Assembly: GCA_963758275.1 (NCBI GenBank) | Contig: CAVWUW010000031.1 | Span: 183,745 to 247,744, forward strand | DNA length: 64,000 nucleotides | Source: Terriglobia bacterium | GTDB lineage: Bacteria > Acidobacteriota > Terriglobia > Terriglobales > Acidobacteriaceae | Reading direction: 5' to 3' | Shown here: positions 1 to 11,900 of the stretch, one piece after another | Position numbering within the stretch: position 1 is the first letter of the stretch | How the letters are laid out: the number at the start of each line of letters is the position of its first letter | Made by a program: the position numbers and the translations under genes | Notes under the pieces: generated by a model | Told to the model about the DNA's origin: nothing | Seen by the model: only the letters and a program-made list of their open reading frames with translations | The model's database searches: none

Positions 1-1
1 G

Positions 2-2602
2 CAGGCCGATTTGGATTATTGGAAAAAGCAGTTGGAGGCCGCACCAGAGATTTTGGAATTGCCGGCAGATTATTCCCGGCCGGACAAACCGAAGTTCGAT
101 GGAGCCGGTGAATATTTCGAACTAAACCAAACTGTAGTTAAAGGGCTCAAGGGCCTGGGCAGGCAAGCGGGAGCAACATTTTATATGTCAATGCTGGCGG
201 CCTACAGTGTGGTGCTGCATCGCTATAGCGGGCAAGATGAGGTTTTGATTGGGACGCCGGCAGCAAACCGCGAATACGAAGAATTGCACGGACTGATTGG
301 GTTGTTCGTCAACATGCTGGTGATCCGAGTGAATTTGAGCGGGAACCCCTCATTTCCGGAGTTGCTGAAACGGGTGCGGGATACGGCATTGGAAGCCTAT
401 GTACATCAGACTCTGCCCTTTGAGCTTCTGGTGGAAAAACTCAGGCCGGAGCGCAACCTGAATAGAAATCCGCTGTTTCAGGTGGCTTTCAGCTTTGTGG
501 GCAGCACGGCCGATGCCGAGGAGCGTTCAGTATCCTGGCCGCCATTCACCGAATTAAATAATTTCACCTTCAAGTTTGATATGGGAGCTATTGTTTTTCA
601 GGACTCGTCACGCTGTCGAATAAACCTCGGCTATAACCCGGAACTGTTCAGCCGGGACACATGCACTCGTTTCAAACAGCATTTTCACAACTTGCTCGGC
701 GAGATCGTCGCCGACCCGCAGGCGGGAATATCAACCCTTCCCATGCTTCTGTCCGAAGAGCGGCAGATCACGTGTGACTGGCAGAACACCCAGACGGAAT
801 ATCCCCGAGAAAAACGAATCGAAGAGATCTTCCAGGCGCAGGTGGAAAAAGCACCCAATGCCCCAGCCTTGCTGTATCACTCGACGACATTTACTTATCA
901 GGAACTGGATGATGCTGCCGGCCGTGTTGGGCGATACTTGCGCCAACTGGGTGTTGGTGCCGAAACGGTAGTTGGCGTATGCATGGAGCGGTCCTGGCAA
1001 CTGGTAGTGTCTTTACTCGGGGTCTTGAAAGCGGGAGGGGCATATCTGCCGCTGGATCCAGGCTATCCGACGGCGCGATTGCAGTTCATGCTGGAGGACA
1101 GCAAAGCTAGGGTGGTCTTGATGCAAACGCCCCTGATGGACACCTTGCCTTGGCAGTCACTAGAGTGCTGCCGATTTGTAAGGTATGAAGACATAGTGGA
1201 AACAGCAGAAGGCTCGGCACCGCTTCATTCAACCCCGGACAACCTCGCCTACATCATTTATACGTCTGGATCCACCGGCGCGCCTAAGGGCATTGGAATT
1301 CCTCATCGTGCTGTAACTCGACTCGTATGCAATACAAATTATGTGGGGTCTGGGGCGAACGATCGGATTGCGCAGGCTTCCAATCCCTCTTTTGACGCGG
1401 CAACATTTGAGATTTGGGGGAGCCTGCTGAACGGCGGCTGTGTTGCAGGAGTAAGCAGGGAAGAATCGCTTACTCCGAAGTTACTGGCCTCTCGAATCCG
1501 AGAAAGCAAGATGACTACCATGTTTCTTACGACCGCTCTGTTCAATCAATTTGCGGCGAGCGACGAAGCAGACGCGTTGGGGGAGCTGAAGTACCTGCTG
1601 TTCGGCGGAGAGGCCGTGGATCCAAAGTGGGTTCAAGAAGTACTCAAGCATTTTCCACCGAGAAACCTGTTGCATGTGTATGGTCCCACCGAGAATACAA
1701 CCTTCTCTACATGGCGGCGGGTTCAGTCTGTGCCCTCTGGAAGCACAACCGTGTCCATTGGTGCGCCAATCGCGAACACGGAGATCTATGTCCTGGATAA
1801 GAATATGATGCATGTGGCTACCGGCGTGACAGGAGAACTTTACGTGGGAGGAGATGGACTGGCGAGAGGTTATGTAAACCGGCCGGAACTTACTGCTGAA
1901 AAATTTCTTCCGAACCCGTTCGGTCTTCGCGGCTCAGAGCGGCTGTACCGTACCGGCGACCTAGTGAAATACAGGAGTGACGGCAACATTGAGTTTATCG
2001 GGCGTGCGGACCAGCAGGTGAAGATTCGCGGTTTTCGAATTGAACCGGGTGAGGTCGAATCGGTTCTGCGAAAACACGCGAAAGTCAGAGACAGCATAGT
2101 ACTGGTGAAAGATTATGAAGGAGACAAACGCCTGATCGCTTACGCGGCGGTGGAAAAAGGGGCTGAGAGACGGGACCTGCGACAGTATCTGAAAGACCGA
2201 TTTCCGGACTACATGGTTCCCTCAAAGCTGGTGCTGCTGCAAGAGTTACCACTGACTGAAAACGGAAAGGTTGACCGGCAAAAGTTGATCGACGGAACTA
2301 CCACGGACGACGATGAGGAGCAGCAAGAACAGCAGTATGTCGCGCCACGTAATCAACTGGAACGAACGATTGCGGAGATATGGAGCGACATGCTGGGAAC
2401 CGAGAAAGTGGGGGTCTACGACAATATTTTCGACCTTGGCGGACATTCGTTGCTCCTCATGGCGATCCATGCGCGCATGAAAAGACAAGTACCGCATGCA
2501 GTCCACCTATCAGTAAAAGATTTGTTTCTTTATCCCACAATCGATTCTCTAGTCGACTTTATGGGCCAGGAAGAAAGTGAAAGCGCATTTCTTCAACGCT
2601 GA
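2..2602 (+). CDS. Non-ribosomal peptide synthetase, 5' end outside the window: (partial C)-A-T
   Basis: The reading frame is open to the window edge. It shows C-domain C-terminal motifs (DYWKKQL, LPADYSRP). A-domain cores are LAYIIYTSGSTGAPKG, YGPTE, YRTGDL, GRADQQVKIRGFRIE and NGKVDR. The carrier motif is FDLGGHSLL (Ser codon 2447-2449). Confidence 0.95.
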   Translation, partial: QADLDYWKKQLEAAPEILELPADYSRPDKPKFDGAGEYFELNQTVVKGLKGLGRQAGATFYMSMLAAYSVVLHRYSGQDEVLIGTPAANREYEELHGLIGLFVNMLVIRVNLSGNPSFPELLKRVRDTALEAYVHQTLPFELLVEKLRPERNLNRNPLFQVAFSFVGSTADAEERSVSWPPFTELNNFTFKFDMGAIVFQDSSRCRINLGYNPELFSRDTCTRFKQHFHNLLGEIVADPQAGISTLPMLLSEERQITCDWQNTQTEYPREKRIEEIFQAQVEKAPNAPALLYHSTTFTYQELDDAAGRVGRYLRQLGVGAETVVGVCMERSWQLVVSLLGVLKAGGAYLPLDPGYPTARLQFMLEDSKARVVLMQTPLMDTLPWQSLECCRFVRYEDIVETAEGSAPLHSTPDNLAYIIYTSGSTGAPKGIGIPHRAVTRLVCNTNYVGSGANDRIAQASNPSFDAATFEIWGSLLNGGCVAGVSREESLTPKLLASRIRESKMTTMFLTTALFNQFAASDEADALGELKYLLFGGEAVDPKWVQEVLKHFPPRNLLHVYGPTENTTFSTWRRVQSVPSGSTTVSIGAPIANTEIYVLDKNMMHVATGVTGELYVGGDGLARGYVNRPELTAEKFLPNPFGLRGSERLYRTGDLVKYRSDGNIEFIGRADQQVKIRGFRIEPGEVESVLRKHAKVRDSIVLVKDYEGDKRLIAYAAVEKGAERRDLRQYLKDRFPDYMVPSKLVLLQELPLTENGKVDRQKLIDGTTTDDDEEQQEQQYVAPRNQLERTIAEIWSDMLGTEKVGVYDNIFDLGGHSLLLMAIHARMKRQVPHAVHLSVKDLFLYPTIDSLVDFMGQEESESAFLQR

Positions 2603-2684
2603 GGCCTCACGGGTTTCCGTTCTACTGAGCCCAAGTAATTCAAGCTGGCAAACGGTTCTTTCGGGCGTACTCGACATCTAGGCT

Positions 2685-5600
2685 ATGGGAAATAATTCAA
2701 AAACAGAGCGGAATGCATCAGACGCAAAAGAGCAAAGCGCCCACGGGAGCCTTTCCTCGATAGCCCTACCCCGCCGTCCTGCTGGAGCACGAGTTCCCCT
2801 GTCATTCAGCCAAAGGCAACTGTGGTTTATTCAGCAAATGATACCGAACACTCCAGCCTACAACGTGCCTTGGGCGCTGAAGTTGGAGAGGGAGGTTGAT
2901 ATCACGGTCTTGCAGCGCGCGGCGAACGAGATCATCCGGCGACACGAGGCGTTGCGAACACGGTTTGGTGCGTCAGATGGGGAGCCGGTGCAGTTGATCG
3001 AGCCGGAGCTGCATATCACCATTGAACGAGAGGATCTGAGCGGCATTTCTGTCGAAGAGCGCCAGGGCATTCTGCGCAGAAGACTTGGGGAAGAAGGACG
3101 GAAACCATTCAAGCTGGAACGGCTACCCTTGCTCCGTATTCGCCTTTTCCAATTGGGTGGCGAGCAGGTGCTTCTCACAGTAGTTCATCACATCCTCTTC
3201 GACGGCTGGTCTCTTGAAATCTTTTACCGCGAACTTGAGGCGCTGTACACGGCTTATCGGCAAGGTGAAAGTTCTCCGCTTCCCGAGTTCTCCATCCAGT
3301 ACAGTGACTACGCTTATTGGCAAGCGGAGTCGTTAAGACAAGGTGAACTGGAAGAGGGCATCGAGTACTGGAAAAAGCAACTGACGGGAACCCCATGGAG
3401 TTTAGAACTGCCAGCGGATTATCCGCGACCCGTAACGCCGAGGTTCGAAGGTGCAAGTATTGACTTTGAGATAAGTGAACCAGTCACAAGATCGTTGAAA
3501 GAGTTGAGCCGCAAATCTGGTGTAACACTGTACATGACCCTCCTGGCGGCCTACGCCGTGTTGTTGCAACGATATACCCGCCAGGAACAGATACTGATTG
3601 GAACCCCTATCGCTAACCGCTCGTTGGAAGAGCTGCAGCGTCTGATCGGCTTCTTTGCCAACACGTTGGTGATGCGGGTGGACTTGAGAGGAAATGTCAG
3701 GTTCACGGAGCTGCTGAAGCGGGTCAGAGAAAGTGCATTGGGTGGATATGCCCATCAGGATGTGCCATTTGAGCTGCTGGTGGAGCGACTTAAGCCGGAA
3801 CGCAGCTTGAACCGCACCCCATTGTTCCAGACCATGTTTGTAATGCAGAGCAGTTCACATTTGAGTGGTGGGGGATTCTTAAGCGGATATGCGGTCAACA
3901 CGGACCTACCCGTTGCCAAATTCGATCTTTCACTTAGCATGAGAGAGCGACACGGGAAGTTGTCGGCAGAGTTTAATTACGACATCAGCCTGTTTGCCGC
4001 AGACACAATAAGAAGGCTTCAAAACAATTTCATTTTTCTTTTGGAAGAATTGTCCAAAGCCGGCCCGCTTCGTTTAAGTGATCTGACCTCTATGCTCTCG
4101 TCGGGAGAACGGGATGAGATCAGGCATTGGAACTCTACCGACGTTTGCTATGGAAGAGGAGAGCGCCTGCATGTTCTCTTCGAAAAGCAAGTTCAGGCCG
4201 CTCCGGAGCGGCTAGCGCTGGTTTGTGAACAGGGGAACCTGACATATCGTGAAGTCAATCGCCGTGCGAACCAACTTGCACATTACCTTCAGAAGCAGGG
4301 AGTCGGGCCAGAATTGTGCGTCGGCGTCTGCATGGAGCGATCATGGGAGATGGTGGTGGCACTTCTGGGAATTCTGAAAACGGGGGCTGCATATCTGCCC
4401 CTGGATCCGGAATATCCAACTGAGCGGCTGCACTGGATGCAGCACGATGCGCGCGTCAATGTGGTGCTGACACAAGAAAAGTTTTCTCACCGTCTCGACC
4501 GCAGCAAAGGAACCAGGGTGATCCCGCTGGACACGTCGTGGAGTTTTGTGTCGCAGGAACGGGACCACGACTGTTTGGCAAGCGTCAGTGGAGAAAACGT
4601 GGCTTATGTGATCTACACCTCCGGTTCCACCGGCAAGCCTAAAGGTGTAATGAACCGCCATCGCGGCATCTGCAACCGTCTTCTCTGGATGCAGCAAGCA
4701 TACCGACTCCATGAGAGCGACCGTATTCTTCAGAAGACGCCCTACAGCTTTGACGTTTCGGTGTGGGAATTCTTCTGGCCATTGATAGCCGGTGCCCGTC
4801 TTGTCATAGCAAGGCCCGGTGGTCATCGTGACAGCACATACTTGCGAGACGTCATTAAAAAGGAAGGGATCACTACAATTCACTTTGTGCCTTCCATGCT
4901 TAAGTCCATGCTGGAAGACGAAGGTTTGCGCGGCTGTCGAAGTCTCAGGAGCGTGATTTGCAGTGGAGAGGCCCTGGGCCTTGGCTTAAAAGAACAGTTT
5001 TACCGGCAATGCCAGGCTGGATTGCACAACTTGTATGGCCCCACAGAAGCTGCGGTTGATGTCACCTTCTGGGAATGTGAGCGGGAAACGACGCGTTCTG
5101 CCGTGCCTATCGGGAGGCCCATAAGCAATACGCAGATCTACCTGCTGGATCAGAATCTGATGGAAGTTCCGGTATTGGCAACCGCTGAGCTGTGCATCGG
5201 CGGCGAAGGTCTCTCAAGAGGCTATCTGAACAGACCGGATTTGACGGCAGAAAAATTCCTGCCCAATCCCTTTGGCGAGAAAGGTACCCGACTCTACCGC
5301 ACGGGCGACTTGGCCCGCTTTCTTAACGACGGCGCCGTCGAGTACCTGGGCCGCATGGATAATCAGGTGAAGGTCCGTGGCAATCGAATTGAACTTGGGG
5401 AAATCGAAGAGGTACTGAAGCAGCACGCGTTAGTTCAGGATGGCGCAGTCATAGCCCATGAAGAGACCGGCGGAGAGAAACGACTCATTGCCTACATAGC
5501 GACGAAAAAAGACGTCAGCGTGAGGGCGCAGGACCTGCGGGCCTATCTCAAAGATCGGCTTCCGGACTTCATGATACCGGGCGCCTTTGTATTTGTTGAG

Positions 5601-8600
5601 AAAATGCCACTGAGTTCAAACGGCAAGCTTGACCGCAAAGCCTTAACTCAACTCGAAGCTGCCCACTTGCAGGAGTCGCGGAGCTATATTGCCCCACGCA
5701 ACATACTCGAAGACAAAATTGCGCAGATATGGGCAAAGGTGTTGCAGGTCGAGCAAGTGGGCGTAGACGACCATTTTTTTGATCTTGGCGGCCACTCGTT
5801 GCGCTTGATGCAGGTCCACTCAGAACTCAAGCAGAAGCTGCAGATTGATATTCCCGTCATCGATCTATTCCGTGTTCCCACAGTATCAGCGCTTGCAAAC
5901 TACATAACCGCGGTTAAGGACGTTACAAAATCTGGTGAGCCTACGGCGAATTTTCGAACCCAAGCCGAAGATACTTCCATTGCTGTAATCGGCATGGCAG
6001 GGAGATTCCCGGGCGCCCGCAACATCGAGGAGTTCTGGGAAAATATCAAAAATGGAGTGGAATCAGTTTCATTCTTCTCTGATGAAGAACTTTCGGATGT
6101 GCCGGATGCCGTGCGGGGCGATCCAAACTTTGTAAAGGCCGCCGCAGTCCTGGAAGACGCTGACTTTTTCGATGCCGATTTCTTCGGGTTTCGACGTCGC
6201 GAAGCGGAAACAACGGACCCGCAGCAGCGGGTCTTTCTTGAATGCGCATGGGAAGTGCTGGAACGAGCAGGCTACGATTCAGAGCGCTATCCGGGAGCAA
6301 TCGGGGTGTTCGCCGGGATGGCCACAAGCAGCTATTGGTTCAATTTATGTAGAAATCCGGAAGTTCTGGAATCCGTGAACAGCTTTCAATTGACAATTGG
6401 CAATGACAAGGACCACCTGCCTCTACGGGTTTCCTATAAGCTGAACTTGAAAGGTCCGAGCATAAGCGTGCAGACCGCGTGCTCCAGTTCGCTGGTGGCG
6501 GTGCATTTGGCCTGCCAGAGCCTCCTGGATGGCGAATGCAAAATGGCCATGGCGGGTGGAGTTTCGATCAGGGCCGTACAAAAAACCGGCTATGTTTACC
6601 AGGAGGGTGGAATAAGCTCTCCTGATGGCCACTGTCGCGCATTTGATGCTGATGCCGCCGGCACGATATCGGGGAACGGAGCGGCAGTAGTGCTTCTTAA
6701 GAAGCTTAAGGATGCGATCGCCGACGGAGATCATATTCATGCGATCGTTGTGGGATCGGCTATTAATAATGATGGGGCATTCAAAATTGGGTATACGGCC
6801 CCCAGTATCGATGGCCAGGCCGATGTCATTGCGCGCGCCCAGGCCAGAGCAGGAGTTCCTGCCGATACCATTACCTATGTTGAAGCTCATGGAACGGCAA
6901 CCCCTCTGGGAGACCCAATTGAAGTGGCGGCGCTTACCCAGGCTTTCCGGTTGCAAACGAATAAGACACAATTCTGCGCCATCGGCTCAGTCAAAACTAA
7001 TATAGGCCACCTTGATGCAGCCGCCGGCATAGCCGGTTTTATCAAAGCGGTCTTGGCGCTTGAAAGCGGTTTGCTCCCGCCCAGCCTGAATTTCAGGAAG
7101 CCCAATCCGAAAATTGATTTCTGTGCGAGTCCCTTCTTCGTCAATTCGAGATTCCAGAAATGGGAATGCGCTTCCGGGCCGCGTCGGGCCGGGGTGAGCT
7201 CGTTCGGTATTGGCGGCACGAACGCTCACGCGGTTTTGGAAGAGGCTCCTCAGCAGGAACCCGACAACCGCGAGTCGCAACCGCAACTGTTGCTCCTTTC
7301 CTGCAGGAGTGACGCAGCTCTGCAAAAAACTACTCTCAAGTTAGCTGAGCATCTGAAAAGTCATCCGGAACAGTGCATCCTAGACGTGGCCTATACGTTG
7401 CAGGAGGGGCGCAGGGAATTCGCCTTCCGTCGGGCAATTCTTTGTCAAAGCAGTGCTGATGGCATAAGAGCAATGGAGTCTGGCGATACGCAGAGGATCA
7501 TCACTGGAAAGTCAGAAACAGCGTCTCTCCCAGTTTACTTCCTCTTCCCCGGCCAGGGCGCGCAGTATGTCAACATGACGCGTGGGCTATATGAATCCAT
7601 TCCTGTGTTTCGCCGGGAGGTGGACCGCTGTTCGGAAATTCTTCGGTTACAGCTGGGATTCCATCTGGAGACTCTGCTTTACCCTGGAGAAGGCAGCCCC
7701 GAAGATCTCGAAGAGAAAATGCGGCAGACGGCGAACGCGCAGCCTACTCTCTTTGTGATCGAGTATGCATTGGCATCCTTGTGGATGGAGTTGGGAATCC
7801 GGCCACAGGCGATGTTGGGCCATAGTCTGGGCGAGTATGTGGCTGCATGCATGGCGGGCGTGATGTCTCTGGAAGACGCTTTGCGGCTGGTAACCGTTCG
7901 TGGGCAGCTCATGCAAAACATGCCGCCAGGCGCAATGCTGACGGTTGCCATGCCACATCACAGGGTAGCCGAACTGTTGAGCAATCATAAAGATGTTGCT
8001 CTTGCGGCAGTCAACGCAGAGGAGTCATGCGTAGTCTCTGGATCCGAAGAAGCGATTGTCCGACTGGAAACACAACTCGTAGAGCAGGGTTTTGAACCGC
8101 AACGCCTCCGCACGTCGCATGCCTTCCACTCGCCAATGATGACGCCAGTGGCTGAGTCTCTCAGGCATGTGTTGACCGGGATCAAGTTCAAAAGCCCCTG
8201 CATCCCTTTTCTGTCGAACCTGACTGGCGGATGGATTACACCGGAACAAGCCTCCAGCGCAGAATATTGGATCAAACATCTGCTTCACACCGTGCGTTTT
8301 TCGGATAATCTGCGTCATTTGCTCAAGGAACCCGGCGGTACTTTGCTGGAAATGGGACCAGCCACTTTAACTGTCCTGGCCAAGAGATATCCTGAGCGAC
8401 GCTCGGAGACCAGGCTACTCGCGTCTATCAAATCGAGAGCAGAAAAGGAGTCTGAATACTTGTCATTCCTGCACTCCGTGGGAACATTGTGGGCTGATGG
8501 CAGGCAGCTTCTCTGGCACATTTTGCCGCGTCACGGGAAGTGCAAGCGGGTGATACTGCCTACCTATCCGTTTGAAAGGCAGCGATACAACGTTCCTATA

Positions 8601-8840
8601 CCGGCACAGACGATACAAAGTTCAGTTACTGAGAGCACGGCCGAAAGTGCGCCTGGCCCGACATTCTTCGGGAATGTCGAGGCAGCTTTCATCGCAACCT
8701 GCAAGCCCCGCGCCCAGTGCGGGGACAATGGAAAGTGGCAAGACGAACAAGCCTCAACTCTTTCTGCCCAACAATTAGTGCTTCAACAGCTTGATGTTGT
8801 AGCCAGGCAGTTGGAGTTACTGCGTAAACGCGTTCCATAA
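2685..8840 (+). CDS. Hybrid NRPS-PKS: C-A(Ser-like)-T-KS-AT(malonyl-type), with no ACP in this polypeptide
   Basis: C motif HHILFDGWS lies at 3186-3206. A cores are AYVIYTSGSTGKPKG, YGPTE and NGKLDR. PCP motif is FFDLGGHSL (Ser 5796-5798). KS motifs are TACSSS (Cys 6480-6482), EAHGTATPLGDP and NIGHLDAAAG. AT motifs are GHSLGEY (Ser 7824-7826) and HAFH (8118-8129). The post-AT motif YPFERQRY is followed by a helical tail, and no GxDS carrier motif occurs after the AT. Confidence 0.95.
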   Translation: MGNNSKTERNASDAKEQSAHGSLSSIALPRRPAGARVPLSFSQRQLWFIQQMIPNTPAYNVPWALKLEREVDITVLQRAANEIIRRHEALRTRFGASDGEPVQLIEPELHITIEREDLSGISVEERQGILRRRLGEEGRKPFKLERLPLLRIRLFQLGGEQVLLTVVHHILFDGWSLEIFYRELEALYTAYRQGESSPLPEFSIQYSDYAYWQAESLRQGELEEGIEYWKKQLTGTPWSLELPADYPRPVTPRFEGASIDFEISEPVTRSLKELSRKSGVTLYMTLLAAYAVLLQRYTRQEQILIGTPIANRSLEELQRLIGFFANTLVMRVDLRGNVRFTELLKRVRESALGGYAHQDVPFELLVERLKPERSLNRTPLFQTMFVMQSSSHLSGGGFLSGYAVNTDLPVAKFDLSLSMRERHGKLSAEFNYDISLFAADTIRRLQNNFIFLLEELSKAGPLRLSDLTSMLSSGERDEIRHWNSTDVCYGRGERLHVLFEKQVQAAPERLALVCEQGNLTYREVNRRANQLAHYLQKQGVGPELCVGVCMERSWEMVVALLGILKTGAAYLPLDPEYPTERLHWMQHDARVNVVLTQEKFSHRLDRSKGTRVIPLDTSWSFVSQERDHDCLASVSGENVAYVIYTSGSTGKPKGVMNRHRGICNRLLWMQQAYRLHESDRILQKTPYSFDVSVWEFFWPLIAGARLVIARPGGHRDSTYLRDVIKKEGITTIHFVPSMLKSMLEDEGLRGCRSLRSVICSGEALGLGLKEQFYRQCQAGLHNLYGPTEAAVDVTFWECERETTRSAVPIGRPISNTQIYLLDQNLMEVPVLATAELCIGGEGLSRGYLNRPDLTAEKFLPNPFGEKGTRLYRTGDLARFLNDGAVEYLGRMDNQVKVRGNRIELGEIEEVLKQHALVQDGAVIAHEETGGEKRLIAYIATKKDVSVRAQDLRAYLKDRLPDFMIPGAFVFVEKMPLSSNGKLDRKALTQLEAAHLQESRSYIAPRNILEDKIAQIWAKVLQVEQVGVDDHFFDLGGHSLRLMQVHSELKQKLQIDIPVIDLFRVPTVSALANYITAVKDVTKSGEPTANFRTQAEDTSIAVIGMAGRFPGARNIEEFWENIKNGVESVSFFSDEELSDVPDAVRGDPNFVKAAAVLEDADFFDADFFGFRRREAETTDPQQRVFLECAWEVLERAGYDSERYPGAIGVFAGMATSSYWFNLCRNPEVLESVNSFQLTIGNDKDHLPLRVSYKLNLKGPSISVQTACSSSLVAVHLACQSLLDGECKMAMAGGVSIRAVQKTGYVYQEGGISSPDGHCRAFDADAAGTISGNGAAVVLLKKLKDAIADGDHIHAIVVGSAINNDGAFKIGYTAPSIDGQADVIARAQARAGVPADTITYVEAHGTATPLGDPIEVAALTQAFRLQTNKTQFCAIGSVKTNIGHLDAAAGIAGFIKAVLALESGLLPPSLNFRKPNPKIDFCASPFFVNSRFQKWECASGPRRAGVSSFGIGGTNAHAVLEEAPQQEPDNRESQPQLLLLSCRSDAALQKTTLKLAEHLKSHPEQCILDVAYTLQEGRREFAFRRAILCQSSADGIRAMESGDTQRIITGKSETASLPVYFLFPGQGAQYVNMTRGLYESIPVFRREVDRCSEILRLQLGFHLETLLYPGEGSPEDLEEKMRQTANAQPTLFVIEYALASLWMELGIRPQAMLGHSLGEYVAACMAGVMSLEDALRLVTVRGQLMQNMPPGAMLTVAMPHHRVAELLSNHKDVALAAVNAEESCVVSGSEEAIVRLETQLVEQGFEPQRLRTSHAFHSPMMTPVAESLRHVLTGIKFKSPCIPFLSNLTGGWITPEQASSAEYWIKHLLHTVRFSDNLRHLLKEPGGTLLEMGPATLTVLAKRYPERRSETRLLASIKSRAEKESEYLSFLHSVGTLWADGRQLLWHILPRHGKCKRVILPTYPFERQRYNVPIPAQTIQSSVTESTAESAPGPTFFGNVEAAFIATCKPRAQCGDNGKWQDEQASTLSAQQLVLQQLDVVARQLELLRKRVP
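5970..7250 (+). other. Ketosynthase domain (Cys-His-His present)
   Basis: Runs from IAVIGMAGRFPGA to GTNAHAVLEEAP and carries the active-site motifs TACSSS, HGTATPLGD and GHLDAAAG. Confidence 0.9.
7533..8390 (+). other. Acyltransferase domain, malonyl-CoA-type motif
   Basis: Motifs FPGQGAQY, GHSLGEY and HAFH are present. HAFH is the malonyl-type signature; the methylmalonyl-type is YASH. Confidence 0.85.
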
Positions 8841-8914
8841 TCCCTCAATACGTACTTTCCCAAGATCTCGAACGATCAATCACGCCGTCATGGTTGGCAA
8901 GGAGTTGCATCTGT

Positions 8915-11900
8915 ATGTCATCAACAGCTTCTAGTCGGCTGCAAGATCCGGGCCGGAAGCAGCGGATCACGAGCGCTTTGACCCAAATGCTCGCGAAACT
9001 CTTCGGCAAGAATGCCGCAGAGTTGGATGTCAACGCGTCCATGATTGATCTGGGCGGCGATTCTCTGTTTTTTTTGCAGGCATCGAACGCAATTCGAGAA
9101 AACTTTAACATCAAGATTCCATTCAGGCTCCTGCTGGAAGAACTGTCAACGATCGATAGTCTGGCTGATCATCTTGACCAGAAGCTTACTCCTGATGCTG
9201 TGGCCGGTATCGCGGAGAGTTCCAGTTCTCCGATCCAGGTTCAATCCCTGGCTGCGGAGCTGGCTTTGAGTCCGGTAGTACCCGTGGCGCAGGAGCAGGT
9301 TGTGAGTCAGCGGATCAAACAATCTATTGTTGCGCAGCAAATGGATGCCGGGAGCCAGGCAACGAATGCTAACGCAGAGGGAGATCCCATCTATCAAATA
9401 TTTGCCCAGCAACTGGCGCTCATGTCGCAACAAATTGCCATCCTTACAGGCCAGCCTAATACAAGCGCGCAACATCTTCGGAGTCCTCAGCCTTCTTTGG
9501 GCTCCGGGGTGCAACCATCTTTACCGCTTCTCGCTTTGGCTCAAGCACAACTGTCCCCGGTTGGGGCGGCTTCGTCCAGAGACGAAGTTAACCTGCGTTC
9601 CTCTTCAGAAATCGAACCTGAGGTTTATGTCCCCTATGAGGCGATTCAGCCTGAGGCCGCAAAATCTTTGACAGAGCAGCAGCGAAAATATCTTGCAGGC
9701 TTGATTGAGCGCATTAATCGCTGTACGGGAGAGTCCAAGCGGATTACTCAGGAATATCGGAAGTACCACGCGGACAACCGAACTGCCGCAGGCTTCAGAA
9801 TGCCCTGGAAGGAGATGTTCTATCCCCTGGTCGTGGAGCGGGGGCAAGGGTCCCACATATGGGACGTGGATGGAAATGAATATATCGACATGACCATGGG
9901 CTTTGGCGCGCTGCTGTTTGGGCACTCCCCGAAGTTCATTATGGATACGCTGGCAAAGCAGTTGGACCTCGGCATCAGGCTGGGACCGCACTCCAGAGAA
10001 GCAGGAGAAGCCGCGCATCTCATCTGTGAGATGACTGGCGTGGATCGCGTTGCTTTCTGCAACTCCGGAACTGAAGCGATCATGACTGCGCTACGTTTGG
10101 CGCGCACTGTTACCGGCCGCTCCAAGATTGCTCTCTTTGAAGGGTGTTATCACGGCACCTTCGATGGGATCCTCGTGAAAGGGGAAAGAAAGCCGGATGG
10201 AAGCCTACAAGCTATTCCTCTGGCGCCGGGTGTGCCTGGGCACATGATCGAGAACGTGCTCATGCTCAAGTATGACGATCCTCAGTCTCTGGAAATCTTG
10301 AGAGCGCGCGCCGGCGAGCTTGCTGCGATCCTGATTGAGCCTCCAAGGAGCCGCCGGCCGGATGTGCAACCCAGGGAGTTCCTGCTTGAACTGCGCCGTA
10401 TCAGCGAGACCTCAGGAGCTGCTCTCATTTTTGACGAGGTCGTCACCGGATTCCGTTTCCATCCAGGCGGGGCGCAAGCCCTGTTCGGAATTCGCGCCGA
10501 TCTGGTTACCTACGGGAAGGCGCTTGGAGGGGGGCTGCCCGTCGCCGCGGTTGCGGGGAAATCCAAGTTCATGGATGCGGTGGATGGCGGGATGTGGCAG
10601 TACGGAGATGGGTCTTATCCGGAATCAGAGATCACGTTCTCCACCGGAACCTATTTCAAGCATCCGCTGATCATGCCCGCTGTGGTTGCCGCTCTCAAGT
10701 ACATCAAGGAGAGCGGTTTCCAGTTGCAGGAATCACTCAACGCAAAGGCCAAATATGCAGCCGACGAGTTGGACGCCTTCTTCAAAGCCAAAGCCTTTCC
10801 TTTGAGAGTTGCACAAATCGGATCTCTATTCCGCCTCCTTCACGGCCCTGAACTGCGATACATGGACCTTTTCTACTATCACCTCCTGGAGAAGGGGATC
10901 TATGTTTGCGAGACTCATAACTGTCTGGTTTCCACTGCTCACAGTGACTCTGATATGGAAGTAATGATCCGGGCAGCGAAGGAGAGCTTGCTTGAGATGC
11001 GAGAAGAAGGATTCCTACCCGCTACTTCTTTGACATCCACAGGCTCCCCTGCGCATCGGGCAAATGGCACCGGTCCTACCGGCACGAGCACCCCTATCCG
11101 GGTGCCCTTGACGGAAGCGCAACGCCAGATCTGGGCTGTATCGCACATGGGAGAAGGAGACTCGCGTGCTTACAACCTGCCTCTTGCGGTTCAATGGCGG
11201 GGTGAATTAGACGTTCCACTGCTCCGGAAAGTGATTAACCATGTGGTCGAACGGCATGAGGCATTCCGCGCGACGTTCAGCTCTGATGGTGACTTCCAAA
11301 CGATATCGCCGACGACGATTGAGGTTCCCCTGGTGGACCTTTCCGGCCTGAAACCGGAAGAACAGCAGGCCCAGGCGGAACAGTGGCGCACGTTGGACGC
11401 GACCCGGGTGTTTGATTTCGTCTCCGGACCGCTATTGAGCCTGCGATTGCTCAAGTTCAAATCGGATCTGCATACCCTTCTGATTACGATGCACCATATC
11501 ATCAGCGACGGGTGGTCCCTGGGCATGTTCATCAACGAAATGCAGCAAATCTATTGCGCTGAACTGGGTGGAACAAGCCTGGAACTAGCTCCACCCAAGT
11601 CTTTTGCTGAATATGCAACGCACAAGGCACAGCAGGAAAGCCAACTGGCCAATTCTGAGGCAGAGAGGTTCTGGCTCACTGAATTTCCGAATTCGATTCC
11701 TCCGCAGCGTCTGCCTGCCGATGCTCTGGGGCAGGGAGAATCCGGAATTCTTGGAACCCAGAAAAGGCTGGTCATGACATCCACGGCAATGACCGAATTG
11801 AAAGAGATCAGCCGGCGGTACAGTTGCACGAGTTTCATGGTCTTTTTGGCCGTCTGCAAAATCTTTATTTACTACCTGACCAAACAGGAAGAGGTAGTCA